Positions 59,949-64,000 of a stretch of DNA of 64,000 bases are shown piece after piece. Numbering within the stretch: the first letter of the stretch is position 1; each line of letters opens with the position of its first letter. The notes beneath the pieces are model-generated. The model did no database searches. It worked only from the letters and a program-made list of their open reading frames with translations, and was not told the origin of the DNA. The stretch is from Bryobacteraceae bacterium (GTDB lineage Bacteria > Acidobacteriota > Terriglobia > Bryobacterales > Bryobacteraceae), in the NCBI GenBank assembly GCA_051003795.1, contig JBPCKZ010000152.1, positions 7,520 to 71,519 on the forward strand, given 5' to 3'. The translations under genes were made by a program, and so were the position numbers.

Positions 59949-61028
59949 ATGTCGTTGACCCAACGCGGGACAACGTCAAAGAACCGTTCAGCAAATGGAT
60001 CTGGAAAGCCGGCGCACATGCCAACACCCGAACAAATTATAAGGATAGACGCCAAAACGTTTCAGGACTCGTTGGGCGAACTGGCGGCAACGATGGTGCA
60101 GAAGGTATTCCGGGAGGGTCGTCAGCACATTGCGGGGCCACTGTATGTCGGCGAGGATATCGCCATGCTGATTAGGTACGGCGCGAGCGTATACAACCTG
60201 CTCAACTACTTGAACGCTGACGAACGCCGCAAGGAGGACTGCTACTGGTACGTCCGTTACGGCGTAACCGGAATGTCACTGGTGCGGTCGCTTATCGATT
60301 GCCTGTATAACGTCGTCGCGATTCTGGAGGACCCAGCTGAGAAGGCCCCGCAGTACCGGAAGAGCGGACTAAAGAAGACCTTGGACGACATCGACGAGGA
60401 TCTAAAACAGTACGCCGACCAGCAGGACCGGCAGGAATCCTTGCAGCAGCGGCGGAAGACGGTCGAGTTGCTGGTACAGGGGAGCGGCTTCACGATCGAC
60501 GAAGTGATGCAACTCAAGAAGCATGAGATGTGGCCCACCTTCGGCACGTACGTTAATACAATGCAGCCTGGCGGGGTACGGACGGAGATTCAGGAGTTTC
60601 TGAAGACGTTTGCGCACTTGGAATGGCGGCAATATTCCGCGCTCTCGCACGGCGCCTATGAAGCCTTCATTGGCACTCTGGGGATGGTGCCGGTTGGGGC
60701 GTACTACATGAACGACTTCCTCCCGCATGAAGTACGGGACAAGCTCGACGAGACGTACGACTTGTTTCTGTCGATGCATATCGGCCGCTCAGCAACAGTC
60801 TTGTTGTGCATGCTTACCGAAATTCAGGTTCATTGCGGTTTCGATGGCGCGAATATTAACGAGCGGATCTGTAAGGTTTGGGCTGCACTTTTGCCTGTAC
60901 CGGAGACCAAAGAGTTGTATGACGGGAGATATTCCGAGCTCATGAAGAATCGTGGAATCGAGAAGGCGAGGGAACTTACGGTACTCTCTATTTCCAGAGC
61001 GCCGAACCCGGTCGTTGAACCTAAGTAA
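59949..61028 (+). CDS. hypothetical protein, AbiV/DUF5677-like helical pattern (weak)
   Basis: MSLVRSLIDCLYNVVAILEDP and LEWRQYSALSHGAYEAF resemble the R..E...yl..dp and y..lS..H blocks of Abi-type HEPN-like families. The start could instead be ATG 60018. Confidence 0.45.
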   Translation: MSLTQRGTTSKNRSANGSGKPAHMPTPEQIIRIDAKTFQDSLGELAATMVQKVFREGRQHIAGPLYVGEDIAMLIRYGASVYNLLNYLNADERRKEDCYWYVRYGVTGMSLVRSLIDCLYNVVAILEDPAEKAPQYRKSGLKKTLDDIDEDLKQYADQQDRQESLQQRRKTVELLVQGSGFTIDEVMQLKKHEMWPTFGTYVNTMQPGGVRTEIQEFLKTFAHLEWRQYSALSHGAYEAFIGTLGMVPVGAYYMNDFLPHEVRDKLDETYDLFLSMHIGRSATVLLCMLTEIQVHCGFDGANINERICKVWAALLPVPETKELYDGRYSELMKNRGIEKARELTVLSISRAPNPVVEPK

Positions 61029-61275
61029 AGACTCCTGAGGCTAGCGGCCGACGCAACGATGCTTGAGTTTGTGGGCCAATCACGCGCGATCCGGAAGTTA
61101 AACGCTGGACAAATTCTGCTCAGATCCCGCCTGACGGCGTAGTGTTTACCGGGGCGGTGTCACTTGGCTCGTTTGTCGGCGAACCGTTGAAGTGCTCGTC
61201 TGCGCGGGCAAACTGACCCACTACCCAAAATGCAAACAACTCGATCCCGACGATAAGATCGGCTTGGCCTGAATC

Positions 61276-63315
61276 TTATTTCCACACAGGATTGATAAAA
61301 GCCCCGTTTCCCGCAACGTCCCAGATTGCCAGCCGCGCCCATTTCCAGCCCTTCGCGTCGAGTTCCCAATCGAACGAGCCCTTCCCAAATTCCCGCGTGG
61401 TGTCAAGCGAAAAAATCTTGTGGAACGTTTGCGTCCCGTCGCCCCAGACCACTTCCGCCATTCGCAACGGAAACGTGTAACTCACATCCGCGTGCGCCAT
61501 CAGTTTGTCTCCGGCCGGTCTTATGGAAGCTGCCGGCAGCGTGATCTCGCCGGTCGTGATGAAGTAGTCCCCTTTCGCCACCGTATCGAGAAGCTGTCCG
61601 TAGTTATCGTAAGTCGGCAGAGCCGGAAGCCGCACATAGTTCACATTCATGTGCCCGTATAACTCGTGCGTCGAATCGAGCTGAAACACGTCCACCTCAC
61701 CTATCATCCGCTTCTTCAGCCCTAAGTTGTTCATGTCGTCGACGGTTTTAAATGCGCGCTCGCCCAGCCGGGGAGACGAAAGGTCGGACGGCATCGCTTT
61801 CCAGCCCGATCCGAGGTAACGCGGATCGTGGAAATAAAAAGTGTCCATGATCTTGTCGGGATAACCCGTCGAGCCTTTCGTGCGCGGATGGGTTTGATAA
61901 ACGTAGCCGTTTTCGGCGCGCACCATGTCCCACACCTCCTTCGCATCGCTTACGCGATAGACGGTTCCATATTTCGGAACGGTGCTCCGAAATGGCTGAT
62001 CGGGTTTGCGGTCCATAAACCAATAGACCGGCTTGGGGAACACCAGCGCCCAATGGCCGCCGAGGATCGCATTGGCTTCTTCGGAAGGCATCAGCAGGAA
62101 ATCCGCGTTCGATTGCGCCCGGCACGCTTTAAAGAAATCGCGGAGTTCTTGGAGGCGAACTTCCCCCAAATCGCGCGGGTGGCCGTCGCCGTGGAAATCC
62201 ATGATCATCGCCGAATCCAGGCCAATCGCTTTCATTGCGGCCTTAAACGGCGGGGGCCAGTCGAAGCCATTGGCTATGGCTTGCATCGTGTATGCCAGAT
62301 GCCAGTGCGGCGCGAACGTCTTGTATCCCGCGAGCGCCGGAAACTTGTCGCCATGCGTGTAACGCAGGACGCTATCGAGCGCGGCGCGCTGGTCTCCGTC
62401 GCCCACCGAGATGAACATGCGCATCTGCTGCTCGGTTCCGGGCGGCGCGTTCATCCAAGGATAGTAAGGCGAGTAATCGTCGGGATATTGGCGAATGCCG
62501 AGCGACACGTTGCCGCGCCAGGCCGTGTACCAAACGTAGCCCATGTTCGTGGTGTAATCGCGCGCCATCATGTACTGGTGGGGAGCGGGGAACACCGCGA
62601 CACTGCCGGCGCCCGATTTCGCCGCCAAAACGCGGTATCGGACGGACAGCGAGCGCCGCTCCGAACCGTAGGCAGGCGCCATGGTTTGGAACTCGCCCTT
62701 CGTATCGAAATAGCCGATGTGCGATTCCATATTTCCGCCGGGCCGTTCATCCGCCGGCTCCGCCATTCGCAGCCCCGCATCGTAGAAGTAAGCTGTGTCG
62801 GGTTCTTGGGTCGACATCACGGCTTGCTGCTCGATTAAGCGGCTCCCCGGATAGAAAATGTAGCGGATGCTCCCCGAGAAGATTCCGCAGCGCATGCCGT
62901 CGAACGAAATCTCGATGCGGTCGCCGATCGATTTCGCGCGCGCGCCCTTTGGATGAAATTCACCCAGGAAGCTTCGCGTTCCTTCGGGATGGCTCGGCGG
63001 AAAATCGAAAAACGCGTCGAAGCCGCCGCGCCGCTTGCCTGTTTCGCAGCGATAGAACGGCTGGGCGCGTTCGATGACGCGCTTGCCTTCGATCGAGATC
63101 GCCGTAATCAAAGGTTTCGCCGAGTCGAGCGAGAACTCGGCGGACCAGTTGCGCGCCGACGCGTCTTTCCAGTGAACGGTAGCCGCCGCCGCGCTCGAAT
63201 CCACTGTCGCGGGGCCAGGCTGGACGGCGGACCCGTCGAACGTTATTGCGGCCGCGAATAAAGTCGAACAACTCGCCGCAAGCAGGACCGGATTTTTCAA
63301 AACGAATCGTGGCAT
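61276..63315 (-). CDS. hypothetical secreted protein
   Basis: Long ORF with coding-like composition. Start placed at ATG 63315 (MPRFVLKNPVLLAASCSTLFAAA signal). Family not recognised. Confidence 0.7.
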   Translation of the reverse strand: MPRFVLKNPVLLAASCSTLFAAAITFDGSAVQPGPATVDSSAAAATVHWKDASARNWSAEFSLDSAKPLITAISIEGKRVIERAQPFYRCETGKRRGGFDAFFDFPPSHPEGTRSFLGEFHPKGARAKSIGDRIEISFDGMRCGIFSGSIRYIFYPGSRLIEQQAVMSTQEPDTAYFYDAGLRMAEPADERPGGNMESHIGYFDTKGEFQTMAPAYGSERRSLSVRYRVLAAKSGAGSVAVFPAPHQYMMARDYTTNMGYVWYTAWRGNVSLGIRQYPDDYSPYYPWMNAPPGTEQQMRMFISVGDGDQRAALDSVLRYTHGDKFPALAGYKTFAPHWHLAYTMQAIANGFDWPPPFKAAMKAIGLDSAMIMDFHGDGHPRDLGEVRLQELRDFFKACRAQSNADFLLMPSEEANAILGGHWALVFPKPVYWFMDRKPDQPFRSTVPKYGTVYRVSDAKEVWDMVRAENGYVYQTHPRTKGSTGYPDKIMDTFYFHDPRYLGSGWKAMPSDLSSPRLGERAFKTVDDMNNLGLKKRMIGEVDVFQLDSTHELYGHMNVNYVRLPALPTYDNYGQLLDTVAKGDYFITTGEITLPAASIRPAGDKLMAHADVSYTFPLRMAEVVWGDGTQTFHKIFSLDTTREFGKGSFDWELDAKGWKWARLAIWDVAGNGAFINPVWK

Positions 63316-63398
63316 CCCGCTATCGTATACGAACCATGCGCGCATGGCAGGCCCGCGCCACAAAGCGCGGCTGAAGGTTTACATTAAGAGTCACGCAA

Positions 63399-64000
63399 AT
63401 GAAATTCAAAAAGATCGCGACGCTATTCGGTTTTCTCGCTTTTTCGGCTTTGGCCGCCGAGTGGAAACCCGCCGCTGGCCCGCTTACCACTCCGTGGACC
63501 TCGAAAGTCACCGCCGAACACGCTCTACCCGAGTATCCGCGGCCGCAGATGGTCCGTTCGCAGTGGACTAATCTCAACGGCCTTTGGGACTACTCAATTG
63601 TCCCAAAAGCCGATAGCCGACCGCCGAAAGCCGACGGCCAAATCCTGGTCCCGTTCCCGGTGGAGTCGGCCCTTTCCGGCGTGAAGCGTCCGCTTACGCC
63701 AGATCAACGGCTGTGGTATCGCCGCGCGTTCACCGCCCCAAATCTCCACGGCAAACGGCTATTGCTGCACTTTGGCGCGGTCGATTGGCGGGCCGAGGTG
63801 TTCGTGAATGGAAAGCCGGCGGGCACCCATGAAGGCGGCTACGATCCATTCACGTTCGACATCACGGACGCGCTGAACGCAAAGGGCGGCCAGGAATTAG
63901 TCGTTGCGGTTTGGGATCCAACGGACACGGGACTGCAACCGCGCGGCAAGCAGGTGCTCGATCCTCAAGGAATCTTCTACGCCGCCGTATCCGGAATCTG
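63399..64000 (+). CDS. glycoside hydrolase family 2 protein, N-terminal part (runs off window end)
   Basis: Not in the ORF track because no stop lies in the window. MKFKKIATLFGFLAFSALA signal. EYPRPQMVRSQWTNLNGLWDY, LHFGAVDWRAEVFVNGKPAGTHEGGYDPFTFDIT are GH2 sugar-binding-domain blocks. Confidence 0.8.
   Translation, partial: MKFKKIATLFGFLAFSALAAEWKPAAGPLTTPWTSKVTAEHALPEYPRPQMVRSQWTNLNGLWDYSIVPKADSRPPKADGQILVPFPVESALSGVKRPLTPDQRLWYRRAFTAPNLHGKRLLLHFGAVDWRAEVFVNGKPAGTHEGGYDPFTFDITDALNAKGGQELVVAVWDPTDTGLQPRGKQVLDPQGIFYAAVSGI

Larger units (their letters stand above)
57607..61225 (+). mobile_element. 3.6-kb transposase-less TIR element (copy 3) carrying DUF262 and AbiV/DUF5677-like genes
   Basis: Perfect 18-bp inverted repeats GGTAGTGGGTCAGTTTGC (57607-57624, and reverse complement at 61208-61225). 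An exact 8-bp direct repeat CAAAATGC lies at 57599-57606 and 61226-61233. Confidence 0.75.

Noticed and set aside
1-64000. Scan for CRISPR arrays, rRNA and tRNA/tmRNA genes, or integrase genes that could explain the islands.
   Set aside because: No regularly spaced direct repeats, no cloverleaf-like or rRNA-like sequence, and no recombinase motifs were recognised by eye in intergenic regions. A tRNAscan/Infernal run would be needed to be certain.

Overview
This is a 64-kb chromosomal window of roughly 60% GC. Its gene content points to an Acidobacteriota genome of the Solibacter/Bryobacter type; that assignment is an inference. The supporting families are CarboxypepD_reg-type TonB-dependent receptors, a DUF1501 plus DUF1549/DUF1553 pair, CRTAC1/ASPIC-UnbV FG-GAP proteins, a Solibacter-type C-terminal domain and many TPR proteins. 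Recognisable core genes are hemA, rpsA, malQ, a lone nuoB, a histidine kinase with a sigma-54 response regulator, two MacB/FtsX-type permeases, two TonB-receptor-led clusters and a tandem pair of seven-haem cytochrome c-TPR genes. The most interesting signal is a set of three lower-GC inserts at about 40.5-43.0, 47.6-49.9 and 57.6-61.2 kb. All three are bounded by the same ~17-bp terminal inverted repeat, GGTAGTGGGTCAGTTTG. Two of them are flanked by exact 8-bp direct duplications (GATTTTGT and CAAAATGC). They share conserved subterminal blocks, and none encodes a transposase or integrase. Each carries different defence-like cargo: a frameshifted tandem-MazG-like/CHAT protease fusion, an AbiU2-like HEPN protein, and a DUF262 ParB-like nuclease with an AbiV/DUF5677-like partner. 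I interpret them as a family of trans-mobilised cargo elements that shuttle anti-phage-type genes. All family and function calls are motif-level readings made by eye, with no database search or folding.
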